DNA from: a virus
Taxonomy: Duplodnaviria; Caudoviricetes
Strand: one strand, 5' to 3'
Virus record (IMG/VR): IMGVR_UViG_3300011337_000466
Coordinates: 1-46,219 of that record
DNA: 46,219 nucleotides
The notes under the pieces were generated by a model, which did no database searches, was not told the origin of the DNA, and worked only from the letters and a program-made list of their open reading frames with translations. Below are positions 7,626-17,442 of this stretch, piece by piece. Both the position numbers and the translations under genes were made by a program. Each line of letters begins with the position of its first letter. Positions within the stretch are counted from its first letter, which is position 1.

Positions 7626-7979
7626 ATGAAATTACAACTACCATTTTCCAAGAAAGAGTTTGAACGATTACAAATAATGCACAGATTAGAAGTTGATAGG
7701 TTTAATAGAATTCTACCAGAGGATCACACGAAGAAAAAAGCTCAAGCAGAGGTTGTACTAAATATTGTTGACCAATTATACAACAATATAAACAAGGACT
7801 ATTATAACAAATACGCTAAGAATGTTTGTAGGTTTGGTCACTTTGAAGACACAAAAGAAGTATGTGAGAAGAAGTTTAAAAACACTCTTGCAAACTATGT
7901 TTCAAACGGCAATTGTTGTAAAAGTTGTAACTCAGTAATTTTAAATAGAATGAAAAACATATGTACAGAATTAATATAG
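7626..7979 (+). CDS. hypothetical protein with Cys/His motif
   Basis: CRFGH...CCKSC zinc-binding-like pattern. Confidence 0.65.
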   Translation: MKLQLPFSKKEFERLQIMHRLEVDRFNRILPEDHTKKKAQAEVVLNIVDQLYNNINKDYYNKYAKNVCRFGHFEDTKEVCEKKFKNTLANYVSNGNCCKSCNSVILNRMKNICTELI

Positions 7980-8164
7980 AATTATTAAACGAAAGAGGTG
8001 ATGAGTTGCTAAACAAGCAGCTTAAAATTCCAACACTTGACGGGATACTTGATACCGATCTTGCTCTTCTCTATGCAGAAGCTCAACAAAATGAGTTATT
8101 CGACATAGACCAAGTACCTGAATACGATGAGACCGAAAACTACAGGGAGTCTACTGATCTTTAA
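7961..8164 (+). CDS. small acidic hypothetical protein
   Basis: 67-aa D/E-rich ORF overlapping the previous gene. Confidence 0.6.
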   Translation: MYRINIELLNERGDELLNKQLKIPTLDGILDTDLALLYAEAQQNELFDIDQVPEYDETENYRESTDL

Positions 8165-8316
8165 CATATAATAAAATTATGTCAAGTATAAAAACAGCTT
8201 GACAATTTAAAATAAATACAGTTGACAAAATCAATAATTTGTTTTATTGAAAATCAATTGTTACACTAACTATGGAAGTTCATTTAACGCCGAAAGGCAT
8301 CAATAAGGAGTTCACC

Positions 8317-9486
8317 ATGGATACGAAGCAATTGCACGCGTTCCTGGTGAAGAACCAGGACAAGGGTACTACATGGCTCGCCAATAAATCTGGCAGATCG
8401 CAGAGGACGATTCGAGAACACCTCGCTCGTCTCAGGGATGAAGGTAAGGTTGGACAACCAACAAAAGGCCAACCGAAACCAGTTCTCACAGAAGATCAGC
8501 AGTTCCAGTTGGATATGGAGAAGATTCGGCTCAAGCACGCCGAAAAGGGAACTGACAAAAAATACAAGGTTGCGATGGCAGAGATCATGCGTTTGCGCGA
8601 CGATCTTGAACAGATCACATCCTGCGCTGACGCTGTTAGTACTTATACAATTGAAAAGTCTAATGGTACGGGTGGCAACGCTGTCGCTGTCGCCGTTGCA
8701 TCAGATTGGCACGTTGAGGAAAACGTCAAACCAGAAAGCGTGAACGGATCCAACGAGTACACGATGTCGATTGCGAAAAAAAGGGCTGAGAAGTTCTTCC
8801 AGCACACACTTCAACTCGTGGAGAAAGAGCAACAAGCTGTGAAGATTGAGACGCTTGTGGTTGCATTGCTTGGGGATTTCTTCTCGGGCAACATCCACGA
8901 AGAGTTGCTTGCAGCGTGTGAAGTCGGTCCGCAAGACGCCATGCTGTTCGCACAGAACCTCATTGCGTCTGGTATCGAGTTCCTGCTTGCGAACTCTAAG
9001 CTCAAGTTGATTATTCCCTGTGCGGTGGGCAACCACAGTCGCATGACTCACAAGGTCCATGTGTCTAACGAGCAAGGGAACTCGCTTGAGTGGGCAATGT
9101 ACAACTTCCTAGCCAAGTACTTCTCGAAGGAAAAGCGTGTGACATTTGTACTGTCCCGTTCTTACCACAACTATGTTGATGTCCTCGGGTACACGATCCG
9201 TTTCCATCACGGTCATGCCATTCAGTATGGTGGCGGGTTAGGTGGTATCACGGTCCCCGTCATAAAAGCAATCAACAGGTACAACACAGATCGAAAAGCT
9301 TACCTTGATGTGTTTGGGCATTTCCATAATCGTATTGATGGGGGGATGTTCATCGTCAACGGCAGCTTGATTGGTGATTCGCCTTACGGAAAGCGTCTCG
9401 GATTCACTGGTCGCCCCGAGCAAGCTTTCTTCCTGATTGACCAGAAGCGCGGCAAGACTGTTGTGTGTCCTATTCTTGTGGAATAG
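8317..9486 (+). CDS. calcineurin-like metallophosphoesterase with N-terminal HTH and coiled coil
   Basis: SDWH, LLGD, VGNH, HHGH and GHFH motifs; SD AAGGAG precedes ATG 8317. Confidence 0.88.
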   Translation: MDTKQLHAFLVKNQDKGTTWLANKSGRSQRTIREHLARLRDEGKVGQPTKGQPKPVLTEDQQFQLDMEKIRLKHAEKGTDKKYKVAMAEIMRLRDDLEQITSCADAVSTYTIEKSNGTGGNAVAVAVASDWHVEENVKPESVNGSNEYTMSIAKKRAEKFFQHTLQLVEKEQQAVKIETLVVALLGDFFSGNIHEELLAACEVGPQDAMLFAQNLIASGIEFLLANSKLKLIIPCAVGNHSRMTHKVHVSNEQGNSLEWAMYNFLAKYFSKEKRVTFVLSRSYHNYVDVLGYTIRFHHGHAIQYGGGLGGITVPVIKAINRYNTDRKAYLDVFGHFHNRIDGGMFIVNGSLIGDSPYGKRLGFTGRPEQAFFLIDQKRGKTVVCPILVE

Positions 9487-9489
9487 GGT

Positions 9490-9517
9490 TTGTGGAGGGT
9501 AACTCCTCCACAATTTT
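9490..9517 (+). terminator. intrinsic terminator-like hairpin
   Basis: TTGTGGAGG-GTAACT-CCTCCACAA-TTTT. Confidence 0.65.
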
Positions 9518-9532
9518 ATTAAAAACTATAAT

Positions 9533-10066
9533 ATGGGTATGACAACTACCGAAAGAGAAAGAAAAATGTCTTACGCAGCAGGACTTATAGATGGAGAAGG
9601 GTGCATAGGAATGTATCTGAACTCTCACAATGGAAATTACCAGTTGCGCTTAAGTGTAGAAATGGGAGAAGACGACGGATTGAGAATACTCGATGAACTT
9701 TGTAAAGGTAAATGGTATTATCGTCCAGCTAAAAATCCAAAAAGAGAAACTTATACTTGGATGTTGTTTAATGCTAATGCGTATTTATTTTTAAAAGAAT
9801 TAGAACCATATATGTATGTTAAACAAAAACATGCACAGATTATACAAAGTGCAGACTGGATTAACTTTAAAGGTAAACCATTAACTAACCATGAAAAAGA
9901 AATTCGTAAATCAATTGCAAACCAAATCAAATCACTTAACGAAAGGGGTTACTATGGAGAAGCAGACAAATCCGAAAGACGCAGTTGGAATCAGGAAAGT
10001 ACCGTTACACGTAGTATCGGGGCCAGTAATGATGGAAATGGCTCTGGGGATGTTGGAAGGAGCTAG
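9533..10066 (+). mobile_element. free-standing LAGLIDADG homing endonuclease
   Basis: YAAGLIDGEGCI motif and FLKELEPYMYVKQKHA; reads 113 nt into the next gene in another frame. Confidence 0.9.
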
Positions 10067-10379
10067 AAAATACGGTTCGCACAATTACAGAGTTGCCGGA
10101 GTTAGAGCCTCTGTATATTACGACGCTGCAATGCGTCATCTTATGGCTTGGTTTGAAGGCCAAGATATTGATCCGGATTCAGGGCTATCTCATATCTCAA
10201 AGGCCATGTCATGCCTCCACGTGCTGAGAGACGCAATGATGAATGACATGTGGACAGACGATAGACCTCCTGTATTCAAAAATCAAGAATGGGTTCAAGA
10301 AATGAATCGTAAGGCAGGGGAAATAATTGATAAATACCCAGATAGTGTCAAACCTTTCACACAAAAGGAGATCGAATGA
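9954..10379 (+). CDS. dATP/dGTP diphosphohydrolase (DUF5664-type)
   Basis: NPKDAVGIRKVPLH, GARKYGSHNYR, YYDAAMRHL.AW.EGQDIDPDSGLSH and DDRPP motifs. Confidence 0.88.
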   Translation: MEKQTNPKDAVGIRKVPLHVVSGPVMMEMALGMLEGARKYGSHNYRVAGVRASVYYDAAMRHLMAWFEGQDIDPDSGLSHISKAMSCLHVLRDAMMNDMWTDDRPPVFKNQEWVQEMNRKAGEIIDKYPDSVKPFTQKEIE

Positions 10380-10690
10380 ACTGGATATGTTGGATCGTCG
10401 TCTCTAACATCGGCATTTTCTGGATTGAATATGCCTACCGATCATCAAAATACGACAGCTTCATCGAAGCGATCCCGTATATCGCGGTTCCTGTTCTGAT
10501 TTCTCAGGCGGGACTGTTCTACGGATTCAGGGCTGCGCCAAGTTTGTTCCTTTGTGGTGCGGTGTTCACATTGATGAATGTCGCCCTGCGAGTCATCAAT
10601 GCGTTCAGGCTTGGTGAAGCACCCAACATCTACAACTGGTGCGGAATTGCAATGCTGTGCGTTGCAGTAATTCTGCTGAAGGTGAAATGA
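10376..10690 (+). CDS. small 4-TM membrane protein (SMR/DMT-like)
   Basis: Four hydrophobic segments; LGE.P.IYNW.GIAML..AVILL tail typical of DMT proteins. Confidence 0.65.
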   Translation: MNWICWIVVSNIGIFWIEYAYRSSKYDSFIEAIPYIAVPVLISQAGLFYGFRAAPSLFLCGAVFTLMNVALRVINAFRLGEAPNIYNWCGIAMLCVAVILLKVK

Positions 10691-10872
10691 TGAAAAAACG
10701 GAATAGATCCAAGAAGATTCGTAGAATCATTAGAAATGTTTTCAGCTCTCTGGACTCACACCTGGAGTACACATACAAGAAAGGTCTGGAGAAGCCGGAA
10801 GACAATAACTTCCACAAGAAGTGCGTAAAAGAATATGCAAAAATAATCAAAGATGCGGCAGATCTTTTATGA
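10687..10872 (+). CDS. small basic hypothetical protein
   Basis: ATGA-coupled ORF, MMKKRNRSKKIRR... Confidence 0.6.
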   Translation: MMKKRNRSKKIRRIIRNVFSSLDSHLEYTYKKGLEKPEDNNFHKKCVKEYAKIIKDAADLL

Positions 10873-10935
10873 AAACATATTCATATCCACAGTCTACAAC
10901 TGTGGATTTTCTTATCGATATGATATTCTAAAAAC

Positions 10936-11214
10936 ATGACAAAAAATAATGTAAAAAAGACAGTTAAAAAAGTTATTAAGAACAAAAAAGATGTAATTGA
11001 AAATGTTCCATTGGATTACAAGCAAATGTATGAATCAATGAAAGTTTTGTCTAATAATTTGAAGTCAGAACTTGAGTACGAAACAGATCTTCGAGTGCAA
11101 AGAGGAGAAAAAATAAGAAAACTAGAAGAAAAAATTGACGATGCTAATTTGACTTGTTTCCTTTGGGTGCTATGTAGTCTAATCGTTGGTATTCTTATTG
11201 GTTTTTATTTTTAA
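10936..11214 (+). CDS. coiled-coil protein with C-terminal TM anchor
   Basis: Hydrophobic C-terminus; extended -10 box 6 nt upstream. Confidence 0.7.
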   Translation: MTKNNVKKTVKKVIKNKKDVIENVPLDYKQMYESMKVLSNNLKSELEYETDLRVQRGEKIRKLEEKIDDANLTCFLWVLCSLIVGILIGFYF

Positions 11215-11241
11215 CAATCCAAATTAAATAAAGTTTTATAA

Positions 11242-11727
11242 ATGTCAAAGATTAATCTCAGGAATTATGATGAGTTAATCGTTACAGAAAAAGAAGCAGC
11301 AAGGGTTTTATCCGATAAGGAAAACATAAAAGACGAATTTCATTTAAGTTTACCGTACAACATTATTCACGAAGATGGCGTATGGACAGGAGCATTAAAA
11401 GAAGTAACGTCAATAAGTTCTTCAGAAAAACGTAAGCCAACTCATTACTTAAAGCGTGAAGACATCGAAAGATTTCACAATACTCACGGATACGGTAAGT
11501 ATAAGAGTGAATACCTAAAAGGTTACGGTGTTTTGGATGTACCAACACAATATCTTATTGGAACAAAACAGGCAAAATTAGAAGATGATGGAAGAGGCAG
11601 GATTTCACTGAAATTATTAAAGCAGAATGAAGCAGCGATTAAGTGGGCAGAACTATGGCAAGATTATCTAACAAAACTAGATCCATTTAATGAACTCAGA
11701 CAATCAGACAATTCAATCAACAATTGA
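11242..11727 (+). CDS. hypothetical protein upstream of the helicase
   Basis: 161-aa ORF overlapping the dnaB start. Confidence 0.7.
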   Translation: MSKINLRNYDELIVTEKEAARVLSDKENIKDEFHLSLPYNIIHEDGVWTGALKEVTSISSSEKRKPTHYLKREDIERFHNTHGYGKYKSEYLKGYGVLDVPTQYLIGTKQAKLEDDGRGRISLKLLKQNEAAIKWAELWQDYLTKLDPFNELRQSDNSINN

Positions 11728-12997
11728 CCATGAGAAACAGCTTATAGGATGCCTGTTACTTAATCCAGAGAACTTGTCTGAAGTTGATCTTACTCAAGAT
11801 GATTTTTTGGATTATAATTGTAGTAACACATATTCTGCTATTGTCAAGTTAGTTAACCAAGGGGATATCGTGGATTTAACGAGTGTTAATAATATTGTGA
11901 ACTTACCGGAATTTCTGGTAAGTTGTATGAGTATTGTTACAGCCCCAAGTGGCTATGTCTACTATTCAAAGATTGTCAAAGAACGATCTGTGCTCCGGAA
12001 GCTCCACTCTATCACAACCAATGTTTCTGTCAAATCTGGTAACGCGGAACAATCACCAGAAGAGCTGATTGAGTATATAAATCAATCATTAGCTGAAATA
12101 TACACAGCTAAAACGAAGGATACTCTTACTTCGCAAGAAGCGGTAGATATTGTTATGGCTGGTGTTCAGAAGAAAATGCTTAATCCTACAGATGTAACTG
12201 GGGTTACTACAGGGTTTCCTTCGTTGGATCATATTCTTAGCGGAATACATAAAACAGACCTAATTATCCTAGCAGCAAGACCTGCAAGGGGAAAATCAGC
12301 TTTTGCGTTGCAATTAGCTAAGAATGTGTCATTGTATGGAAATATGCCTGTAATGTTTTTTAGCCTTGAAATGGGCACAGAACAGCTGGTACAGCGTCTA
12401 GTGGCATCAGAGTCCAAGGTAAGTATTTCAGCCCTGTCCACGGGCAGAATTGACGAAAATGAGAAATTAGCCCTCGAAATAGCCAGTAAAACCATAGGTT
12501 TTTTGCCGGTGTTTTTCAACGATAAGGTTGGGCTAAAACTTAAAGACATAAGACGTCAAATAAAAGCCCATAATCACCGCCATAAGGATCCTATAGGAAT
12601 GATTATAATCGACTATCTTCAGCTCATGGCAATTGGTGGTTCTGGCAGGGATAATATGGTCCAGGTTGTTACTGAGATCTCAAGAGGTCTAAAGATGATT
12701 GCCAAGGAGTTTGATGTGTGTGTACTGGCATTATCACAGCTTTCACGAGATGTTGAGAAGCGTGGTGGTAAGCCTAAGTTAAGTGATTTGAGGGATTCTG
12801 GAAGTATAGAACAAGATTCTGATGTAGTAATGTTCCTTCACTCGGAAGGAAAAGAAGTTGACAGTTATGGAAATCGTGGTATTGAGTTGCTTATAGAGAA
12901 ACACCGAAATGGCCCAACAGGATCATGCTTCTTTAACTTCAAAGGAAGTAACATGACATTCACGGAGACTCAAGATGTTTCCAAGTGGGAAGATTGA
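11690..12997 (+). CDS. dnaB: replicative DNA helicase
   Basis: AARPARGKS Walker A, FFSLEM, IIIDYLQLM, LSQLSR, DLRDSGSIEQDSD and KHRNGPTG motifs. Confidence 0.97.
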   Translation: MNSDNQTIQSTIDHEKQLIGCLLLNPENLSEVDLTQDDFLDYNCSNTYSAIVKLVNQGDIVDLTSVNNIVNLPEFLVSCMSIVTAPSGYVYYSKIVKERSVLRKLHSITTNVSVKSGNAEQSPEELIEYINQSLAEIYTAKTKDTLTSQEAVDIVMAGVQKKMLNPTDVTGVTTGFPSLDHILSGIHKTDLIILAARPARGKSAFALQLAKNVSLYGNMPVMFFSLEMGTEQLVQRLVASESKVSISALSTGRIDENEKLALEIASKTIGFLPVFFNDKVGLKLKDIRRQIKAHNHRHKDPIGMIIIDYLQLMAIGGSGRDNMVQVVTEISRGLKMIAKEFDVCVLALSQLSRDVEKRGGKPKLSDLRDSGSIEQDSDVVMFLHSEGKEVDSYGNRGIELLIEKHRNGPTGSCFFNFKGSNMTFTETQDVSKWED

Positions 12998-13028
12998 CAA
13001 AATAATATAAATGTGGTATTGTATCGGC

Positions 13029-13121
13029 ATGAAGTACAATATAGTTACTGAATACTGGAATAAGGAACTTAAGATCTGGCAGTCAGAAAAAGATACGCCA
13101 TATCTTAAAAAAACATCCTAA
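13029..13121 (+). CDS. 30-aa leaderless peptide
   Basis: TTGACA(12994)-17-TATTGT-6-ATG; MKYNIVTEYWNKELKIWQSEKDTPYLKKTS. Confidence 0.45.
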   Translation: MKYNIVTEYWNKELKIWQSEKDTPYLKKTS

Positions 13122-13187
13122 AAATGGTATAATATAAGTCTGTGCCCCTTGGTGTGAGGTTTGTCACATTACCTTTAGTGACGCAAT

Positions 13188-13568
13188 ATGATAGTAATAA
13201 AAAGGATCTGTGTGCTTTTCGCGACACTTATCCTGCTTACCCACGTTAGCGCGGCTACGGCACCCGTTATCGAGCGAAAAGTAGTACCTCTAACAATACC
13301 GCAAATGATTGTTAAGTACGCCAATGAGAATAATGTTTCAGCCGAAGTACTCACAAACGTAATCCGTTGTGAGTCGAACTTTAATCCTAAAGCTATTAAC
13401 AATTCACCTATTGAGTATTCAGTAGGTTTGGTTCAGATTAATCTTAAGGCTCACACGAGTATTACGGTCGAACAAGCCATGGATCCAGATTTTGCCATAC
13501 GTTTTATGGCAGAAAGAATTGACAAGTCTCCACATATGTGGACTTGTTATACAAAGATCTACGGATAA
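13188..13568 (+). CDS. secreted lytic transglycosylase (SLT domain)
   Basis: N-terminal signal; VIRCESNFNPKAIN...SVGLVQIN...W.CY. Confidence 0.85.
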   Translation: MIVIKRICVLFATLILLTHVSAATAPVIERKVVPLTIPQMIVKYANENNVSAEVLTNVIRCESNFNPKAINNSPIEYSVGLVQINLKAHTSITVEQAMDPDFAIRFMAERIDKSPHMWTCYTKIYG

Positions 13569-13601
13569 ACAAAAGGCACCCACATGGGTGCTCTTTGTTT
13601 T
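13567..13601. terminator. bidirectional terminator between convergent modules
   Basis: AAACAAAAG-GCACCCA-CA-TGGGTGC-TCTTTGTTTT. Confidence 0.8.
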
Positions 13602-13604
13602 ATA

Positions 13605-16283
13605 TTATCTCCCTTTTGTTGCCATTTCTATGTAACCTTTAGATGTTTCAACAGCTTTCTTTAGTTGTTCTGGTTTCATGTTGCCCCAACCACGTCGATG
13701 AGTAGCAAGAACTTCTTCGTCAGAAAGCCCGTTTGCTTTCTGCCACGCAACCTGAGCTTTAATGAAAGCATCTTGTAGTGATGGATTAGCTAGGAATTCT
13801 TGTGAAGAAACTGTTTTACCAAGGAAGTCTTTAGCTTTTTCTTTAAGCCTCGCTTCTGTTATTTGGTATCTTCCGAGCGCTTTACCAAGCGGTGACGCAG
13901 GGCCAAGATTCTTATTACTCCACTGTGAGAATGAGTAAGGATTTTTCTCGCCCCGTGTTTCTGCATGAGCTATTTGTGAAGTGAGTTGTTCAATCTTCTG
14001 ATTTTCTGGGATTTCTTGTATTTCTTTAATCTCTGGCTCTCTCTGATATGTTTCAGTACCGTAGACTTTTTCTAGCTTTTTATATATACCAGTACCAGTT
14101 ACTCCGGCTGCTGATAACGCAGCAAGTTTATTAATAATACCAATGTCAGCTGAACCTTTAAGGTTAGTCTGCAGCGGTTTTGAACTAGGGAACCCGCGAG
14201 ATACATCAGCGACAGTAGATGGATTAACATTAATAGGAACGAGATTAGCAGCAGTATTTGATACGCCAGTCGGTAATGCTAATGGTGCGCTTTTAATTGC
14301 TGTATCTTGAGACACTTTACCAACATTCCTCAATATTCTCTGAGCATTACCAATAAGTTCACTTGAAGTAATAGGACCCGCTTTTCCTGAAAGATCACCG
14401 AATAAAGCATTGTTCTTTGATCGGATCGCCATATTCTGGAGATTGTTTGTAATCCTGTGAGCTGCGAGATATGCGAGTGGGTTATTACCAGTTGCACCAG
14501 CACCCATAAAGCCAGCTGCCTTATTAAGTAATTCAGATCCTTTTTGACCTGGGAATCTAGCCATTAGATCAACAACATCAACACCCTGCATAAGTCTTGA
14601 GTATTCTTTGTTGACAGCATTAATATGAGCGATGATGGCTTTTGTTTGTGGATCGGTAGCTTTTTTCTCAGCAAGACCAAGGGCATCTCTCATTGTGTTA
14701 CCAAGGATTCTTGCAACAGTACCTTTGTTTTTAGGGTTAACGAAATCAAAGTTAGCGTCACGACGGATGATACCTGCATCAACAATACCAAATGGATTAC
14801 CTTCGTTTTGTTTATTTATAAGTGTAGAAACATAGTCCCTTATTTTTTCTTTGTCAAGATCTGTAAGGTATGTTTTATCTAGTCTTGCATTGAAATCATC
14901 GAGAAGTGATTTCCTATCTAGTGGGACGAGTGGGAGTTTTTCTTGTCTGACTTTATTAATAATTGGATTGAGAGCTTCATCCATCAGATCATTTGCCTTA
15001 TTCTCAAGAGCAAGCTTTGTATCAAAGATTGGATTCTTTGTATTCTGCATATGTTCAACCATCGCAGTTATACCATCATCCGTTAATGCCTCCGCTTTCT
15101 CTGCTCGTGTTAATTTAGCACCACCATAAGATTTATCTATACCATCTTCAATAGCAGTTCTTACTTTATTTATTGAACCCTTGACTGCCTTGTCGTCTAG
15201 TTTATTTGCAGCAACAAACCTACTGTATTGAGGTGATGTTGTTATTTCGGCAACCTTTGTAGTGTCTCCGGCTTTTACAGCACTATCTAGGTTGTCGAGT
15301 ATTTCTGGAGAGTAACCAGCTGTCTTGTTGAGTTTTGCAGCACCAAGACCAAGAACGCCACCAAGCAGATACCCTGCTCCGTACCCAGCAGCACCCTTAG
15401 CCAATGCTTCAGGAACAGAATCTCCTTCTTGTAATGATGTTCCTGCCGTAGACAAACCAAGCATTTTACCACCTGCTTTACCTGATTCTTTGAGATATGG
15501 AAGAATACCCGCCTTACCAAATTCTAATGCTGACTTTACCTCTGGCCCACCTATTGCGTAAGACAAACCTTCTGCTAGTGCTCCTGTGCCTTGCTTTGCT
15601 GTTTCCCATGCCCCAAGTTCTTTACCATCTCTATATCCAAGAGCGTTCTGTTGCTCACCGAGTGGGTTTGAGTAGGATGATTCTGGTCCAGCTGTTGTTG
15701 GGCCCTCTATACCTGCTTTTGATGCAAGATTAAGTACTCCACCACCAAGAACCATAGGAGCTTTCGTAAGAGCATTAACCACAGGGGCAACAACACTTTG
15801 TTCTGGTGGAGTTACTGTAGGAAGTCCTGAGATATCAATACCTTGTGGTGTTATATTACTGTTTGTGTCTGTTTCTGGTGTTCTACCACGCATTTCTTGG
15901 TAGTATTTAGAAACATTCTTAACATATGTTGGTGTGTCATATGAAACACCTAAAGAGTTTTTACCTACATTGGTCTTCCATTTATCTCCTTCTAACGATC
16001 CTTCGCCTGCATTCCATGCAGCAGCGATTTGTGCAGGATTATAACCTTTGTCTTTCCATGATTTGATTTGGTTGTAAGCTACCTTATTCTGGTTTTCCAT
16101 CGTCATTGGTGCATTAGGATCACCGAGATGAGTACCCGCCCACGCCTTCCACGTATCTGGCATGAACTGATACGCGCCAAACTCACCAGAAGCACCCTTA
16201 GTATTATAAGGGTCTTTACTTCCTCCTGATTCCTGCTTCTTTATAGCTGTAGCTAGAGCTTTTATCTTAGGGTCTAGTTCCAT
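13605..16283 (-). CDS. internal virion/ejection protein with N- and C-terminal lytic transglycosylase-like domains
   Basis: QESGG...GASGEFGAYQFMPDTW...AAWNAG at the N-terminus; HAETRG...ALGRYQIT at the C-terminus. Confidence 0.8.
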   Translation of the reverse strand: MELDPKIKALATAIKKQESGGSKDPYNTKGASGEFGAYQFMPDTWKAWAGTHLGDPNAPMTMENQNKVAYNQIKSWKDKGYNPAQIAAAWNAGEGSLEGDKWKTNVGKNSLGVSYDTPTYVKNVSKYYQEMRGRTPETDTNSNITPQGIDISGLPTVTPPEQSVVAPVVNALTKAPMVLGGGVLNLASKAGIEGPTTAGPESSYSNPLGEQQNALGYRDGKELGAWETAKQGTGALAEGLSYAIGGPEVKSALEFGKAGILPYLKESGKAGGKMLGLSTAGTSLQEGDSVPEALAKGAAGYGAGYLLGGVLGLGAAKLNKTAGYSPEILDNLDSAVKAGDTTKVAEITTSPQYSRFVAANKLDDKAVKGSINKVRTAIEDGIDKSYGGAKLTRAEKAEALTDDGITAMVEHMQNTKNPIFDTKLALENKANDLMDEALNPIINKVRQEKLPLVPLDRKSLLDDFNARLDKTYLTDLDKEKIRDYVSTLINKQNEGNPFGIVDAGIIRRDANFDFVNPKNKGTVARILGNTMRDALGLAEKKATDPQTKAIIAHINAVNKEYSRLMQGVDVVDLMARFPGQKGSELLNKAAGFMGAGATGNNPLAYLAAHRITNNLQNMAIRSKNNALFGDLSGKAGPITSSELIGNAQRILRNVGKVSQDTAIKSAPLALPTGVSNTAANLVPINVNPSTVADVSRGFPSSKPLQTNLKGSADIGIINKLAALSAAGVTGTGIYKKLEKVYGTETYQREPEIKEIQEIPENQKIEQLTSQIAHAETRGEKNPYSFSQWSNKNLGPASPLGKALGRYQITEARLKEKAKDFLGKTVSSQEFLANPSLQDAFIKAQVAWQKANGLSDEEVLATHRRGWGNMKPEQLKKAVETSKGYIEMATKGR

Positions 16284-16292
16284 ATGTTTAAA

Positions 16293-17435
16293 TTAATCCC
16301 AACTCTCTGCAAACCCTCCTGTGTTTTTGTTTCTATCTACTACTCCTGTGTATTTCTTAATGTAATCATCAAGAGCAGGTTTAGGCATTCCAGCTCTCTT
16401 AGCTAATGCAGCATCTTGTGCAAATTCAGCGAATGCTGCAAGGTTCTTTAGTTTCTCACCAACTCTTTGAGTAGAGTCAATTGCTAGATCTGGAATAAAT
16501 GTTTGTGCTCGAGCAAGTTCTGAACCAGTAACAGCGGCACCATAAATGTTATTGATGATAGGCGCTGTGATGCGTCCGAGTATTGCTTCAAAGTCCTGAT
16601 ATCCTTTAGAGCCTTTTCCTCCAAGGAATACACTGTATTTTTCAGCCGCATACTTGTAAGGATTGGTTGCAATGTCTTGTGGAAGCATCGATGCAATTTG
16701 CTGTGTACCTGATGTTACTTCATCGTATGAATCAAACTTTTGTCGTTCACCTGTCGACATGCTGTTGTATAAACCAGATTTAACTAACTCTCGCTGTCTT
16801 TCTTCTGGGAGTGATGCGAGGTATGCGAGGTTTTGAGCACGCTCATCGGCTGTACCACCTTGGACAAGTCCATTGATACGTAACCCTTCAAGCCATGGCG
16901 ATGAACTCATGTCTGACAATGGGGCAGATGATTTAGCTTTCTTTTGTTCGGCTAATTGTGTTTGAGCTGCTTTTGAGTACTCATTAAGTGTTTGATTATA
17001 AATGTCGTCAGCACTCTTACGCTGTGCCATAATTTGTTCTGGTGTATATTGTACACCTGGCTGGAGAGCGTACAATCCTGTTCCTTGAGATGAGTGACGA
17101 GCTTGTTCGAGTGCTAGTTGTCTGTATTTATCAAGGTAATCGACAGTACTAGTTTCTTCTGGTTGAGTACTTACTGGTGTAGGTTGTACTGGCGCAGGCT
17201 GGTATCCTGATTGTCCTGGCTGAGATGAGTAGTCTTGTTCTGTTGCGGTTTCTATTACAGGTGGGGTTACTGGTTGAGTAAAAGCGGGTGCTTGATTAGT
17301 AAAATCAAATTGATTGGTTGGTGGGTAACTGACCCCCATTGGTGTTGAATTCGCAACAGTATAACTGCCACCACCGTTAGGCATGGTTCTTTTTCCTTTT
17401 AGAATATTATTGAGTGCTCCGATTGGGTCTGCCAT
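16293..17435 (-). CDS. putative ejection (DNA pilot) protein
   Basis: Q/P/T-rich N-terminus; GAAVTGSELARAQTFIP motif; position in the ejection block. Confidence 0.6.
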   Translation of the reverse strand: MADPIGALNNILKGKRTMPNGGGSYTVANSTPMGVSYPPTNQFDFTNQAPAFTQPVTPPVIETATEQDYSSQPGQSGYQPAPVQPTPVSTQPEETSTVDYLDKYRQLALEQARHSSQGTGLYALQPGVQYTPEQIMAQRKSADDIYNQTLNEYSKAAQTQLAEQKKAKSSAPLSDMSSSPWLEGLRINGLVQGGTADERAQNLAYLASLPEERQRELVKSGLYNSMSTGERQKFDSYDEVTSGTQQIASMLPQDIATNPYKYAAEKYSVFLGGKGSKGYQDFEAILGRITAPIINNIYGAAVTGSELARAQTFIPDLAIDSTQRVGEKLKNLAAFAEFAQDAALAKRAGMPKPALDDYIKKYTGVVDRNKNTGGFAESWD

Positions 17436-17442
17436 ATTTTTA

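Noticed and set aside
9954-10379. 2-aminoadenine (Z) genome pathway
   Set aside because: No PurZ or phage DNA polymerase is recognisable; the diphosphohydrolase alone is insufficient.
10883-10910. Paired DnaA boxes
   Set aside because: ATCCACAGT/ACTGTGGAT followed by a T-run is explained more simply as a terminator hairpin.
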